A stretch of DNA of 64,000 nucleotides, from contig CM052817.1 of assembly GCA_028534125.1 (NCBI GenBank), positions 105,340,001 to 105,404,000 of the forward strand, written 5' to 3'. Within the stretch, counting starts at the first letter, position 1. The number at the start of each line of letters is the position of its first letter. A program made the position numbers and the translations under genes. Source of the stretch: Lama glama. Its lineage: Eukaryota. Shown one piece after another: positions 1 to 13,070 of this stretch. The notes below the pieces were generated by a model that searched no databases, was not told where the DNA came from, and saw only the letters and a program-made list of their open reading frames with translations.

Positions 1-609
1 CTGCTGGCTTTTATTTGTTGTATTTATCTTTTAAGTTTATTTTGGATTGATAGATATTTAAGATACATACGTGAATATATTTGATAATTCATATGAAGCT
101 TGCTCATATTTAAGCCGTATTGTATTGGAATAAAAGTTAAGGCTACATTGCTTGTCCACAGAACTATTTCTTTCTTTGAATGGAGAACATTTATTAATCA
201 AGTATTAGAGATCCTAAGGGAAGGAATGTGTAGACATCGGTGAGTGATCACTAGTTCCCTTTCTATTTTATGCTTAGTTTTAAGGTTATGTGGTTGTGAC
301 CAAGAAATAACACATGAAAATGGGATGTAGGCAGAAGGCTGAGCAGAACGCCCTCTTGATTCTACATCTGTTTCACCTAGAACATTTATGATTTATTTTT
401 GTATACAGTTTGATTCATAATGTATTTTGATTCATAAAAAGGTCTTGTTTAAATACAATATTTCAGTTGCTTAATAAAAGTGAAAATATTAGAATTGATG
501 GTCTTGGTTACTTAGTGATTTTGTGGATTATGGTTTCCAATGGCTTAGCTAGTTCCAAAAATCAAATATATCCCCAAAAGATAAAGATAGCTGCAACTAA
601 ATAAACGAA

Positions 610-702
610 ATACACACACACACACACATATAGTCTATACATAAGTATATATATACACACACATATATGTAGTCTATATATATATACATATATATATATA
701 TA
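610..702. repeat. (CA)n/(TA)n compound microsatellite
   Basis: Runs of ACACAC and ATATAT are directly visible. Confidence 0.9.
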
Positions 703-1492
703 TTCTTGAACATAGACTATCCCAAGTTCTGAAGAAATAATGAAATATTGCCTTGGAAGACTTTTTTTTTGGTCAAAAAAGAAATACATATATGTATATA
801 TACGTATTTTTTAAATTGAGGACAATTCTAAAAGATTTTTCTAGGAGAAAATATTAAAATTGGGGGAAACATAATTGCTTTTATTTATACATACATGAGA
901 AAAGCATCACCGAAAGTTAAAGTTGAAATGCATCTTATCTGTCTACAAATCTAACATCGTCACCTGGCTAATGAAAACTTTAGGTCCTAATTGTTATGTG
1001 CCCAAGTTGTTAGCATCAAGTAGAGATGGATTTGCGAATAAAATCCTGATCTAACGAAGAGTAGACAGAACTCTACACAATAGCAATACACTTTTTGATA
1101 AATTTGTTCAAAACCCTCTGTCGTAGTATTTACATGCATGCAACCCGTGTGTGTATTGTGTGTACACATATTTCCATCGCAACACTATTTCTACCAACTC
1201 TACCCAATTTTCAGCTCCTATATAGAAACAGTTTCTTCAAAACTTGGAATTCCAAATAACTATGTATTTCCACAAAAGAAAAGAAATTCCTTTAAATTCT
1301 CCCTGTGAAATATCACCCAACTATTTGAGCTCATTATTACAATAACTTCCCCCCACCTTTAAAAAGGTAAATATAATCGATCTAAATGCTGTAGATAAAA
1401 ATCTCTTGCTGTGTTCAGTGTCCCTCTCTCTGGAAAAATGTTCCTAAAGATCTTAGGGGTTTTCCTTTTGATTGATATAATAAAATCCCCTG

Positions 1493-1752
1493 TTCACTTC
1501 CCAGACGTCTGCATTCATTGCCCTTGAGAACATTATTTCTGTGAAATGTTCTGCTGAAAATGGATTCTAATGACCAAGTCATTTAAGAAAACTGAGTATT
1601 ATGCTTCTGTGGAAATCCACAATGCACAGGAGCATATTAAAGTCTGAGGAATATTCTAAACTTTACTTAACCTAGAATTTCCCAACTAAATGAACTATAG
1701 AGAATTTTGAACACTTTCTGATATTCTGGGAAACGCAATTTGGGAAACTGCT
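1493..1752. mobile_element. MER103C-like hAT-Charlie DNA transposon relic
   Basis: Matches the recalled MER103C core (CACAATGCACA..AGCATATTAAAG..CTGAG) and the terminal TTTGGGAAAC(G)CTG motif. Confidence 0.65.
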
Positions 1753-2169
1753 CTAGTGACTTTTAGACTTAATTGCTGCTATACACAGCAGCTGACAACT
1801 TTGACATCTCTTGAAATTAACCATGTTAAGGATCTGGCTTAATATCTTTCTGCAGTTACAAACACTAAAGTGCAATTAATCCAGTCTCTATTTTAGGGTA
1901 TTTTTTTTCTAGAAAGAAAATGTTGATGCTACTATATTTTGAGAATTATGATACAGGATTTAAATCACAAACTGGCATGTATTAAGCACGCTTTCTCAAA
2001 GTATTGCTATCAGTAACCAGACTGTATTGTTAAAGAAAATTATTGAAATAGATCAATTTTCAATTTTTAATTTGATGCAAGTTAGATACAGTAATGTACT
2101 GAGGCAATCATTGTACATTTAGATACATGTTTTTATATGTATACGCTCACAATGCTAACACTCAAATTA

Positions 2170-2645
2170 AAATGCAGACTATTTCCTGCAATCCAGAAGT
2201 TTCTTCTTAACACTTCTAATCAATCCCATCTTCTGAAGGTAATTAGTCTTCCACATTTTTTCACCATAAATGTTTTGCTTTTGAACTCCATATAAATAGA
2301 ACGCTACTAATAGGTACTCTTTAATGTATTACATTTTTCTCTCTTTTTTGTTTTGCTAAATACTCTGTGATATTTATCTACACTGTTGAATATAGTAAAG
2401 ACATATTGTTTTCATTACTCTAAAGGGCTTTATCACACAAAATTCACAGTTTCGTATGTGTTGTTCTCTTGGTGGATGCTTGACTATTTTCCAGCTTGGG
2501 GCTATTCAGACAGTCTTGTGTATGCCTTTTACTGGGCATGTGCATTTATTTCTCTTGAAGTGTAAATGTAAGATCATAGGGTTGGTGTATATTTAGCTTT
2601 AATAGATAATTCCAGAGAGTTTTTCAAAGTGTTTGTATCAGCATA
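2170..2645 (-). mobile_element. Ancient L1M (L1ME-like) 3' fragment
   Basis: Degenerate antisense L1 3' sequence (ttgaactccatataaatagaa, tttccagcttggggctatt, ttttcaaagtg). Confidence 0.6.
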
Positions 2646-3581
2646 TTTATTTTTGTAAAATATTTCAAAATGACTCCTAAGAATTATTTTAGTTATAGAT
2701 CTTTCTTTTGTCCACCTAGTTAAAAAAAAAGGGGGATAGGAGCAGATGTTGTATTAATGCCACTGCTGACAAATATTGAGCAAAACAATTACAGAATGAT
2801 TAAGGGACTGAATATTCATTCTTTAAGAGGAAAGAAATACTAAAACTGAAGCTCTAGAATTTCTTGCTAAGTCCCCTTGGAAAGTTTAATATAATGTGAA
2901 TTAGTATGCAATATCTGACTCAGAAACAGTCACTCCTCAATTATGTATTTATTTTAATGATAAACACATCACAGAACTTTATAGCTTAAATGTTTCTTAA
3001 AGGTATTTATCACTTTTGACATATGAGGAAATGTAGGGATTATCCATTTCAACTTCTTACAGCTTTTGTACATAGCAAAAACATCAAAGTTCTTAACATG
3101 ATTTGTTTAATTATTTCATATAAAGTAGTCTCTCAGGTATGGCATTTCATATTTATACTCTTTAATGTAAGGCATTTGAAACAGCTTTCATATTTCCTCA
3201 GTCCTTACTAAATTGACTTCAGCATTTTATTTTTAAAATGTTTGCTGATAATTAGTAAAATAAGATTTTACTGTAGAAAGTGTTATTCCTCTGAAAGAGT
3301 GCTTGCCACTGAAAAGCACATTAATTTTGGTATTCATTTCTGAATATCTTATGTTTCTCACAATCTTATTACCATTAATTATAGAGACTTGCTGGACCTA
3401 GCAGCTTATTGAAATTGCCAATGTTTATAAAATAGAAGCCTCTATACCACCAGAAAACACAGACAGCTAATTTTTAATTATGTGACAATTGGTAGAATTA
3501 TTGAGTTTCTAAATGAAGCTACTGTAGCTTATTTCTCTTTTTCTTATTTCTTTTTAACTTATTAAACAATTAAAAAATGAC

Positions 3582-3947
3582 TGTCTTAATCAGTTCAGGC
3601 TGCTGTAATGAAAACACTATACTGTAGACTGGGTGGGTTAAATGACACTTATCACAATTCTGAAGACTTGGAAGTCAGTCATCAAGGTGACAGATCTGGT
3701 GTCTGGTGAGAACATTCGTAATGATTCTCCCTACATCACCACATGACTGAGAGAGACAGAGAGACAGAGAGAGAGAGAGGGATAAAGAGAGAGAGAGAGC
3801 TCTCTCTTGTTTCTTCTTGTAAGGGCACTAATCCCATTAGTGAGGGCTGCACCCTCATGACCTAATTACTTCCCAAAGTCTTCCCCTTTAAATACCTCCA
3901 CACTGGAGATTAAGCATCAGCGTATTACAAACATTCAGTCCATAGCA
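3582..3947 (-). mobile_element. MLT1A-type MaLR solo LTR with 5-bp TSD
   Basis: The minus strand begins TGCTATGGACTGAATGTTTGT (MLT1A 5' end). TG..CA termini, with ATGAC duplicated at 3577-3581 and 3948-3952. Contains an internal (GA)n tract. Confidence 0.9.
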
Positions 3948-4245
3948 ATGACCTCAAAAGCATCTCCGTCCATTGTTGTGGTAGCGCTGTTACCAGGAAT
4001 GTGTAAGTCAAGCGGAGTGATGCCTGGCAGCAAAATGACCATCTGCTGGGAATTTCACCTCTTACCAGTTATAAGTGATCATAAATATGACTCACTCCCA
4101 ACAGTAAACTTCTATCTAGTGTCATCATGGTGAAACATTACACAAATCTGTAGAAAAAGGTTTTAAATTTCTGTCAAATTTCTTTGAGCATTTTAAGAAT
4201 AGTTCAAGATTCACAGAAGCAGATGGACTCTAAGGGCCTGTAGAG

Positions 4246-4418
4246 CAGTGCTATACATCTTGAGGGCACATCAGCACCACCAGGGAGCATATAGAAGTAC
4301 AGATGTCTGGCCAGTTCCCTTAGAAACCTAATCAGAATGTCTGGGATTGGGCCCCAGGCATCAATATTTATAAAGGTTCCTGCATAATTCTAAAGTGCAT
4401 TCAGGGTAGATAACCATT
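4246..4418. mobile_element. MER5-like hAT-Charlie MITE relic
   Basis: CAGTG start, 'aatcagaat..ctggg..tgggccccaggcatc..atattt' core and 'aaccatt' end. Confidence 0.6.
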
Positions 4419-5289
4419 ATGCTAATGGTTAGAATTCCATATCTAAAAGTTGAATATAAAAAAAGAAAAAACATAACAATGTCAATTTTTAAACAGGCAA
4501 TATTAAGCACTTTTCAACTTAGAAATTAAATATAATCATATAATAAGAATGTGGAGAGAGTATATTCAAGTCATATATAATAGTCTATTATATATTATTA
4601 GAAAATATATATTCTAGAAAAGAGTATATTCTAGAAAGAATATATATTCTAGAAGGAATATGTATAGAATTTTCAATATTTCTAAATGTTAAACATATGT
4701 ATATGTATAAAATAATTGCATAAATAAATTGAGTATAAGTAATAAAGTAAAATGATTCCGTATGTAAAGAAAGCCACTTTGATTGGAACTTTGTGCAGAT
4801 GTCAGGGATTATTTTTACCACTGCAGTCTTTGTCAGAACAAAGGAAATAATAATGCAGCGACATGAAGCAGGGAGGATGTAAATGTGTGATGCCTGAGGT
4901 GGGTGGCTGACTATGAGACGTACATGACATTAGCGGAGGAAAATCAAACCTATAATCTTTCGAGCCACAGTCAAGTCCTGGGAGAGTGAACCTCCAAACA
5001 AATAATAAGAACAGAACTTCCAGAGGGCATGTTTGGATCATCTCTTTAATTAGCCTCCTTTAATTGCCCGGTTGTCTGGGGAAAGCTGCTTGGAAACTTT
5101 TAATGACAATTTACAGTGAACAGAATCCCCAAAGGGGCCAACACCTTTGTTGAGGCCAGAGAGATTCTGTTCATAATTAAGAAAATATCTTTGGCTTAAG
5201 CCACAACTGACAGCAGTTGAAAAATATGAAGCAAGGTGGTGGTGTAAGGCAGGTAGTTAAAATCTTCCAATATTAATCTACTTTTATTT

Positions 5290-5681
5290 AAGTGTGTATT
5301 AGGGCAGAGGTTTCAACAGTATATACTTAAACGTGCAGGGAAATAATTCATCAAGCAAAAACTTGCAAGGTGCAATGGACATGCAACTGGTTTTGGAGGG
5401 GGTGGATTAAGTGAAGAAACAACTTAGCTGAAATCTGAAAATAAATGTTGGTGGTACATAGTAAAAAGAAGGAAAAAAGTGTTCTAAGCAGGAGGAAGGT
5501 CCTATATATTCAAAAACCCTGAGAATTATTTCAATATTTTCAAGGTTTAAGAGTATTCAGCCTACAGGAAAAGAGAGGCAGTGAATCCTTTTAAAGAGGT
5601 GAGGAGCAGAGAGGTGATGGAGGATACTGGAAACAACCAGTAAAACCTTTGGCTCTTATTCTGGGATTGACAAGGGGACAA
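5290..5681 (-). mobile_element. L2 LINE fragment
   Basis: Purine-rich antisense L2 pattern (ttagctgaaatctgaa..aaagtgttctaagcag..caaaaaccctgag). Confidence 0.5.
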
Positions 5682-6181
5682 NNNNNNNNNNNNNNNNNNN
5701 NNNNNNNNNNNNNNNNNNNNNNNNNNNNNNNNNNNNNNNNNNNNNNNNNNNNNNNNNNNNNNNNNNNNNNNNNNNNNNNNNNNNNNNNNNNNNNNNNNNN
5801 NNNNNNNNNNNNNNNNNNNNNNNNNNNNNNNNNNNNNNNNNNNNNNNNNNNNNNNNNNNNNNNNNNNNNNNNNNNNNNNNNNNNNNNNNNNNNNNNNNNN
5901 NNNNNNNNNNNNNNNNNNNNNNNNNNNNNNNNNNNNNNNNNNNNNNNNNNNNNNNNNNNNNNNNNNNNNNNNNNNNNNNNNNNNNNNNNNNNNNNNNNNN
6001 NNNNNNNNNNNNNNNNNNNNNNNNNNNNNNNNNNNNNNNNNNNNNNNNNNNNNNNNNNNNNNNNNNNNNNNNNNNNNNNNNNNNNNNNNNNNNNNNNNNN
6101 NNNNNNNNNNNNNNNNNNNNNNNNNNNNNNNNNNNNNNNNNNNNNNNNNNNNNNNNNNNNNNNNNNNNNNNNNNNNNNNNN
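5682..6181. other. Assembly gap (500 N)
   Basis: Run of N. Confidence 1.
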
Positions 6182-7719
6182 ACTCTTCATCCACTCTGGG
6201 AAAAGTCTCCAAGTGCCCAATATAATATTATTAACCACTCAGATACTTGATATTCACTTGAAATGCATTTGACATATTTAAATAGTTTCCTGCATAATTT
6301 AACTAAAAGATAAAACTTTCTATGAGATTTTCAACTTTGTTCAAGTGGGGATTTTTCTACCAAAATTCATGAGCAGGGTAGAGATGAAAATTTATATGCT
6401 TAGGACTTTTAATTGATACTTTTAATTGATACTTTGCCACAGAGTTTTCTTCATTGAAGAAATAATTGGAGTGTTTCGAGTTACGATTGAAAAAAAATTG
6501 GGGTGACTTTACTTCAGTTTTAACTGTGCTTTTCTGTTTTATTAATCGTCCATGTTCACTTGAAGAGTCTGTACATTCTGTTCAGATATCTCGGCAAGAT
6601 GCTCACCAAGGCAGGAGAGTCATGTGCTGATAATCTGGAAAGTTGGGAGAATGCTTATTAAAATTCAGTGCTTTTCCCTCTGGAAAATCATCAAGATTTC
6701 TGCGAGTGGCATATTCTTCAGATAAATATACTGTTTCTCTTAGCCTAACCTGAAAGGTGATATTGAAGTTTTTGTCTCATTCAATCTGCTGCCTTCCAGA
6801 GATACCCTCCCCCACAGAGGGTTCCTGCAAGTGTGTATCAATATTTGAGATGCCGTAGGTAGTGTGGCCCAGACATCTCATGGGGATTTAGAATCCACAG
6901 ACTTATTAAACTCAGTGTAAGCACAGAATACTCCCCTAGGCACACCAAAGATGCAAACTCATTAACTATTTTTCCTGTCTTCGGATGCTTGCAGTCTACT
7001 AGAAAAATCAAAAATACACAGGGGAAAGAAATGTCATAACAGAATACAGGAGACTGCAGAGGAGTAACAAATGGCGGATTTTCAGAAGGCTTTTGAAAGA
7101 GTGAGGTTTGATATGGTGCTTGAAAAATGGGCAGAGCTTGAGAAATATTCATAAAAGAGACACACACGTCAAGCAAACAGCACAACTGAAAGGCAGTCTA
7201 AGTTAAGAGAGTGAAATAATGAGGAGGCAGGTTTCCAGAGAGGGCGAGGCAGAGGGAAGCCAAGACACGGAGGGAGAATTATGTCTCCAAAATTTTAGGA
7301 AAATATGATTTTCAATATTCGGTCCTGCTGTTGGCCCATATGTCAACCATATGTTCTGGTTTTACTTTGGAAATCTGGTCTCTGGACTAGGAGCCAATTT
7401 GTGGGGAGATTATTCCAGAAAAATTCTAGTCAGATCTTTGGCATGTAACCTAGGTATGGCAGCCTGAGGATGGAAATCTTAGTGATTTGGAGATAAAAAG
7501 TATGGTGGCTCAGCAGAAGAGTGGCATTGAGTATCTGGCTTTAGAGCTCCCCAAACTTGGAACCCCCAGTCTTCCAGGCATCACTGCATAATTCCCATAA
7601 CACGACAGCAAAGAAAGAAGGCAGTGAAACAGATGTGTTCTTTCTTCCTGGAGGATCTACAAACTGTTCTGGTGTTTCTGGCTTTTTCTGGGCTATGCGC
7701 AATTCCCCTAAATCCAATA

Positions 7720-8265
7720 AACTAAACTCAGAGTTACCATACGGTCCAGCAATGCAACTCCTAGGTATATACCCAAGAGGAATAAAAACATATGTCCAGG
7801 CAAAACTTGTACACAAATGTTCATAGCTGTGCTACACATAATAGCAAAAAGAGAAAAAACTGAAGCAATCCAAATGTTCATCAGCTGATAAACAGATGAA
7901 CAAACTTGCCATCGTACAGTGGAATATTATTCTGTAACAAAAAAGGAATGAAGAACTGATACTTGGATGGATGAACTTTGACCACATTATACTACTGAAA
8001 GAAGCCAGACACAAAAATCTAATATGGTTGCATTTATATGAAATATCCAGAATTGGAAAGTCTGTAAGGACAGAAAGTATGTTAGTGGTTGACTCAGGCA
8101 GGAGAGATAAGGGGAAAGATGGGAAATGACTGCAAATAGGCATTGGGCTTCTTTTTTTGGGGTGATGAAAATGTTCTAAAATTTTAGGGATTGTTGTACA
8201 ATCCTGTGCCTATAACGGAAAGTCACTAAATTGTCTACTTTAAATAGATGAGCTGTATGGTTTGG
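7720..8265 (+). mobile_element. L1MB-type LINE-1 3' end (ORF2 C-terminus plus 3' UTR)
   Basis: Translates as ELPYGPAMQLLGIYPRGIKTYV (L1 ORF2 C-terminal motif), followed by an L1MB-like 3' UTR (ggggtgatgaaaatgttctaaaa). Confidence 0.85.
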
Positions 8266-11200
8266 GACGTGTTTCTCCTATGTTTCTCTCTCATTTTTCC
8301 TCCTTAGCATGACAGACATATTATTAAGCAGAAATACACATCCGTTCTAACTTGCTCATGATCTTTATCAATAATTCATCACCACCTCAAGGTGCTTTGA
8401 TACGTTTATGATTTTGTTGGTTTACAAATGCATTAGAAAATAGAGAAAAAGGTTTGAGATATGTTGCATGATACAAGCTTGTTATTTTGAAATAATGTCG
8501 TCTGCTAAACTCCTAAGTTCAGTGGGTTGAACTCTATAAAAAGCAAATTAACCTACAAGGAGGGACAAAGCACCAAGAAACGGTTCAGAATCTCACCACC
8601 TCCATTTATATTCTGTACGAGTGAAAAGACAGGAAAATTGTCCAAAGATGTAATAGGTTCCATTTCCTCAAACCAAACAATAGAAAAGTAAACAAACAAA
8701 CAAAAGAGTACCAAGCAAACGTGTTTAAAATTTCCCATCAAAAACTGAACACCAAAAATAGAACCCTACTTTTCATCTTTATAGCTTGCCACCACCGTAC
8801 CTAGTTTGTAGAAAACTGGTCAGAAGTATGTTGAGTTGAAAGATGATTTCTATAATGCACATAGGAAGAAACACAAAACACTAACTGGTTTTGAAATGTT
8901 TATGCACGCACAGAATAATGTAGGAATAAAACTCGTAATCCTTACTTTGTGTGGATAGCAGTTTTATTATTTTTATTTTTATGCCACCCATTACCTTCAA
9001 GTCTATGAGTTAATGCTTTTAAATATTATTAATTATATATTAAGATGTAGTATTTTTCTCTTATATTGTCTCCTGGTAATTTAAAGGGCAATCAGCACTC
9101 ATATAACCTTGAAATATGAACTCAAGGAGTGCTTTTTCGGTGGCGGATTTTATCATGGTAGCCTTTTGCATTTTGCAAGCTCTTACTGGAACAATTATGG
9201 TATCCTTTTGGGCTTTTTGCTTTTCCAAGGAACCATGACACTTCCCTGACATTTAAGGTCACGTGCTGGTTCACTCCAAGTACTCTTCTCTGCACCCCCA
9301 CCCCGCGATCCAAGCTCATTATGAATAGTGATAACGTTTACATCAGACTTGAGAGGGGATGTTAGAGTGAAGTACAAATGAAGCCTGCTCAAATACTGCT
9401 GCCGACAATTATACCAGGGCATGAGTACATTTTTCATTTATTTCAGTGGGTCAGATTAACAAGGCTGCGTGCCACATTATCATAAAAGGTGGACGAGGCT
9501 GTCACTTCTGATTATTGTCACAGGAATGGCATCTCAGAGACGGCTTTGCTAAAAGAGACGCAGTTACTGCTAACTAGTAGTTTAAATGTAATAATTGGAC
9601 ACTGTGTGGGATGTTAGACGCTTCTGTCAATCAAAGGTCAATTTTTAAAATGTTCCCTCTTTTATTTGTGTGTTTTTTTTCCCTTTTCAATTTAATCTCT
9701 CTACGTAATCAAATCTCTTTATGTAAGCTAAGTAGAAGGGAAAAATGCTTGCATGCCAATAGCTTTATGAGTAACTACGCCTGTTTAATTTAATATACTA
9801 CAATACAAATTACTGTCCTCGAGGAGAACTGTGTAAATCGGTCCCAAGTTTAGTCAAGTCATCCTCCATATTAAATATTTAAAAAAGGAGAGAACGGCCT
9901 AAAGCCATTCAAGTGAAGGAGGGTAGAGCCCAGCCTTTTTCCTACCTATTTCACTGTCTTTGGAGTAATGGTGTCTGTCTCCTGGAACACAGATGAAACT
10001 TGCATTCAATAACTCATTGTTTATTCCTGTAAAATATGAGCAAATGTCACAGTGATTACACCATTATTTCTACAAAACAGGAACATCAAACAAGATTTTT
10101 CTGTCCCTGTCAGGAGAATAGTGCATGAGTTACAAACCATCTCTAGATTAAAAGAAAATGTAAAATACGACTTTCCTATTGAAACATCTTTAATCAAACA
10201 ACCATCTTTTATCCAACAGCGCTCTTTTTACCAAAATTAGCTGGAATTAAATATTCTAAAGCATTAAAAAATACTGTTGGAAAGTAAGTGATGGGTACTA
10301 AGGTTTTGGCCTCGCCATCTGAAAAGAAGATTCTTATCGGCTCTCAGAAAGCCAAAATATCCCAAGGACTGACATGGGATGTTAGCAGGTGACTTACTTT
10401 ATAGTTCAAAAAGTAATACTTACTGATCTAATAATTTAAAGACTTGAGCAATTCCTTCCCAGACCCGTGAGACTATTTCATTGTTTTTTGTCACTGTGCA
10501 TTATTTGGAAAAAAAAATCTACCACAAAAATAGAAAATTGTAATGTTGTTTAGGAGCCATAGGAATTGAATAATTTTCAAAGCAGGAACCATACTTGAAA
10601 AATAACCTGAGCATGCTTATTATTAAGTCACTTAGAGCATCAAACAACACTGGTACTTAGGAAATATGGTTCTTTTCCTGTTAGCAAAGGACTAGTGATT
10701 CTGATTCATGAATAATCATTCTACTGTAGAAATATAGAAAAATTGACATTAATCACAGCATTTTTTACTTGTTAATAACAGCATATAATTTTTTTCTCAC
10801 AAAAAAACCCAACAGAGAACATGTATTATCTAAATTTTTATATAATGTATTTATTTATCTGGCTCTCATTTTTTTAAGCATCACTCTCCAAGAAAAAGGT
10901 CAGAAAATTATTTTTCAAATTCTACTGTTACCCCAATGTCTTTGATTTTTTTTCCTGAGTTTGCAGGGGATCTAAATCGTTAATTATGTTTAGAAGAAAT
11001 GAAGGAAAACTTTTTTAAAACATGTATTAAAGATACAAGTCTTATCAATAATAAAATTATATGTGGTAATGATAAAACACTGCAAGAATCTACCCAAATA
11101 ATTAAAAATTATACAGAAATATAATGTTAGCCTTCCCCATGGGGCACTGCAGCATCTTATCTCTTTTAAAGTCCTTATCTACATTAGTCAAAAATTGAAG

Positions 11201-11399
11201 CCTGTGTTAAGATTGATTTATGCAATGGAAACTCAAAATGTTCAAGATGTATATGTAACTGCAGCCAGTTAACTTTTGTGTGTGCATTGGGAGGTTGGCC
11301 AGGGTGGTTGGGGAGGAGATGTGCATGTTCATATACACAATTTAAGATCAAAACATGACAACAGCACAACTTGTAGAATTAAAATTGTGGATACAGGCA

Positions 11400-11610
11400 G
11401 AAGGAGCTGTGTGCAAAGGAATAAGGGAGTGGGTTTCTGGGTTTAAATCCACTTACTAGAAGCATTTGCTCAGGACAGTTACTGAGTCTGTCTCTGCCCT
11501 GGTGGAGGTGCAAACAGTATCTGTTCCCCCATGTCACAGGGGGAGTCACGTGGTCATGGATAGAAAGGGGTTAGAGGTGTGCCTGGCACTCACCAGTATC
11601 TGTGTTCCTC
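11400..11610 (+). mobile_element. MIR SINE relic
   Basis: 'ctgggtttaaatcc..acttactag' and 'gtgcctggcac' MIR motifs. Confidence 0.5.
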
Positions 11611-12689
11611 GGCGTCACAAGATGAAGGAGGTGACTGAAGTGAAACAAGAAAGAGCAGGTAATTGTAGGATCTCCCCCAACCCCATTGCTTTCTCTACTC
11701 CTCCCTCTCCTCTTTCACTGGCTTTCCTGTCTTCTCAAAGTTTCTTGGTTTCCCAGTCTCCATCTCAGTGGTCCTCTCACTGAACTCCCTCTCTGGCGAG
11801 CTTGCTCAGTCACCTGATTGTATCTGTCGTTCATCTGTTCAAGGATGCACTAACTGATGTAACGATGCAGGTTGGAGAAGACCGCCAGGAGCAAAAGGAG
11901 TAACACAAGCTCCATTGGGGATGTGTGAATTTACGCTGTGTGCTATCCAGGTGAAGGAACGTGTAGAGCAGGGAACTTAGACCCATGTGTCCAGAGCTTA
12001 GGAAAAAAGAAATAGTAAGGTCTATTCCATAAAGTGAAGAACACAAAATGTGGATAAGTGATGTAATTTGCCGAATAATGCCACCATTAAATGATAGAGA
12101 AAAGATAAAACAATCTTTTCCTGGCTTTCCAAATAGATCTAATGCTTCTCTTCTTGATTTTGCTCCCAAGCTGTTTCCAGAAGACTCATTTCGTTTACTC
12201 AAGACTATTCTCACTTGCCAAATAATCACAATAATACATGAATTACCTATAGCCATAGGATTAGTGGAGGGGTGGTAGAGTTAAAAATGAAGCAATATGT
12301 GAAAAAGCACTTTATTCTTATAAGTGTTAAATGAATAAAATGTTATATATAATTTGCATGCATATAATTTAATGAAATATTGCATTTATTTGTGCGTAAA
12401 CATTTTACATTTAAGTTATATATATGTATATATAAAATATATATTAAATGGGTCACTCTTATGGATAGTAATCATACCATTTATTCTGTCTTCACCATTT
12501 AACACACAAGTTAAATACTATTCTTTCCTCCCTACCTTGCTGCCTTATCGACTTGCTATCTTCTTACTCTCTTTCTTTCTTTCCTTCTGTCTTCTTTTCC
12601 TTTGTTTCCCTTCCTGTTTTCCCTAAGCATTCATGTGTTTAAAACCAAATCTGCTAATACTGCATACCGTAATGGCTGAGATTCCAAAT

Positions 12690-12870
12690 TTCAAAGCCAA
12701 TCACCTGAATGTAAATTCTTAATGACTGCAGTTGCTGAGTTTTAGTTTCCCGTCTCTAAGGTGGACATGGCAGTTCCTGCCTTAGAGTTGTTGCTAGGAA
12801 ATGGAATCAGTGAGTGACCAACATCTGAACCGCCGGCAGTGCAAATGTAAATGTAACGTATTATTACTTC
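12690..12870 (+). mobile_element. MIR SINE relic
   Basis: 'ctgagttttagtttcccgtctctaa' core and 'tattatta' tail. Confidence 0.45.
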
Positions 12871-12933
12871 TTGACAGATATTGTGATAAAAAAGTCAAGA
12901 TGAAAAAGATAATGGATGACCCCTGCTAAAAAT

Positions 12934-13070
12934 TTTTTTAATTTTTTTTGGGGGGGTAAGTTAATTAGATCTACTTATGTAATTATTTTTTAAATGGAGG
13001 CACTGGGGATTGAACCCAAGACCTCGTGCATGCAGAGCATGTGCTCTACCACTTGAGCTATACCCTCCCC
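12934..13070 (-). mobile_element. tRNA-Ala-derived SINE (camelid Vic-1 type)
   Basis: The minus strand reads GGGGAGGGTATAGCTCAAGTGGTAGAGC..GGTTCAATCCCCAG (A and B boxes) with an AT-rich tail. TSD CCTGCTAA(A/T)AAT at 12922 and 13081. Confidence 0.9.

Noticed and set aside
5562..6272. ORFs of 207-216 aa
   Set aside because: Artefacts of translating through the N gap.
6407..6435. Direct repeat CTTTTAATTGATA x2
   Set aside because: A simple local tandem duplication with no array or spacer structure.
12995..13070. tRNA-Ala genes (here and at the four similar loci)
   Set aside because: They have diverged stems, AT-rich SINE tails and TSDs, so they are SINE copies.
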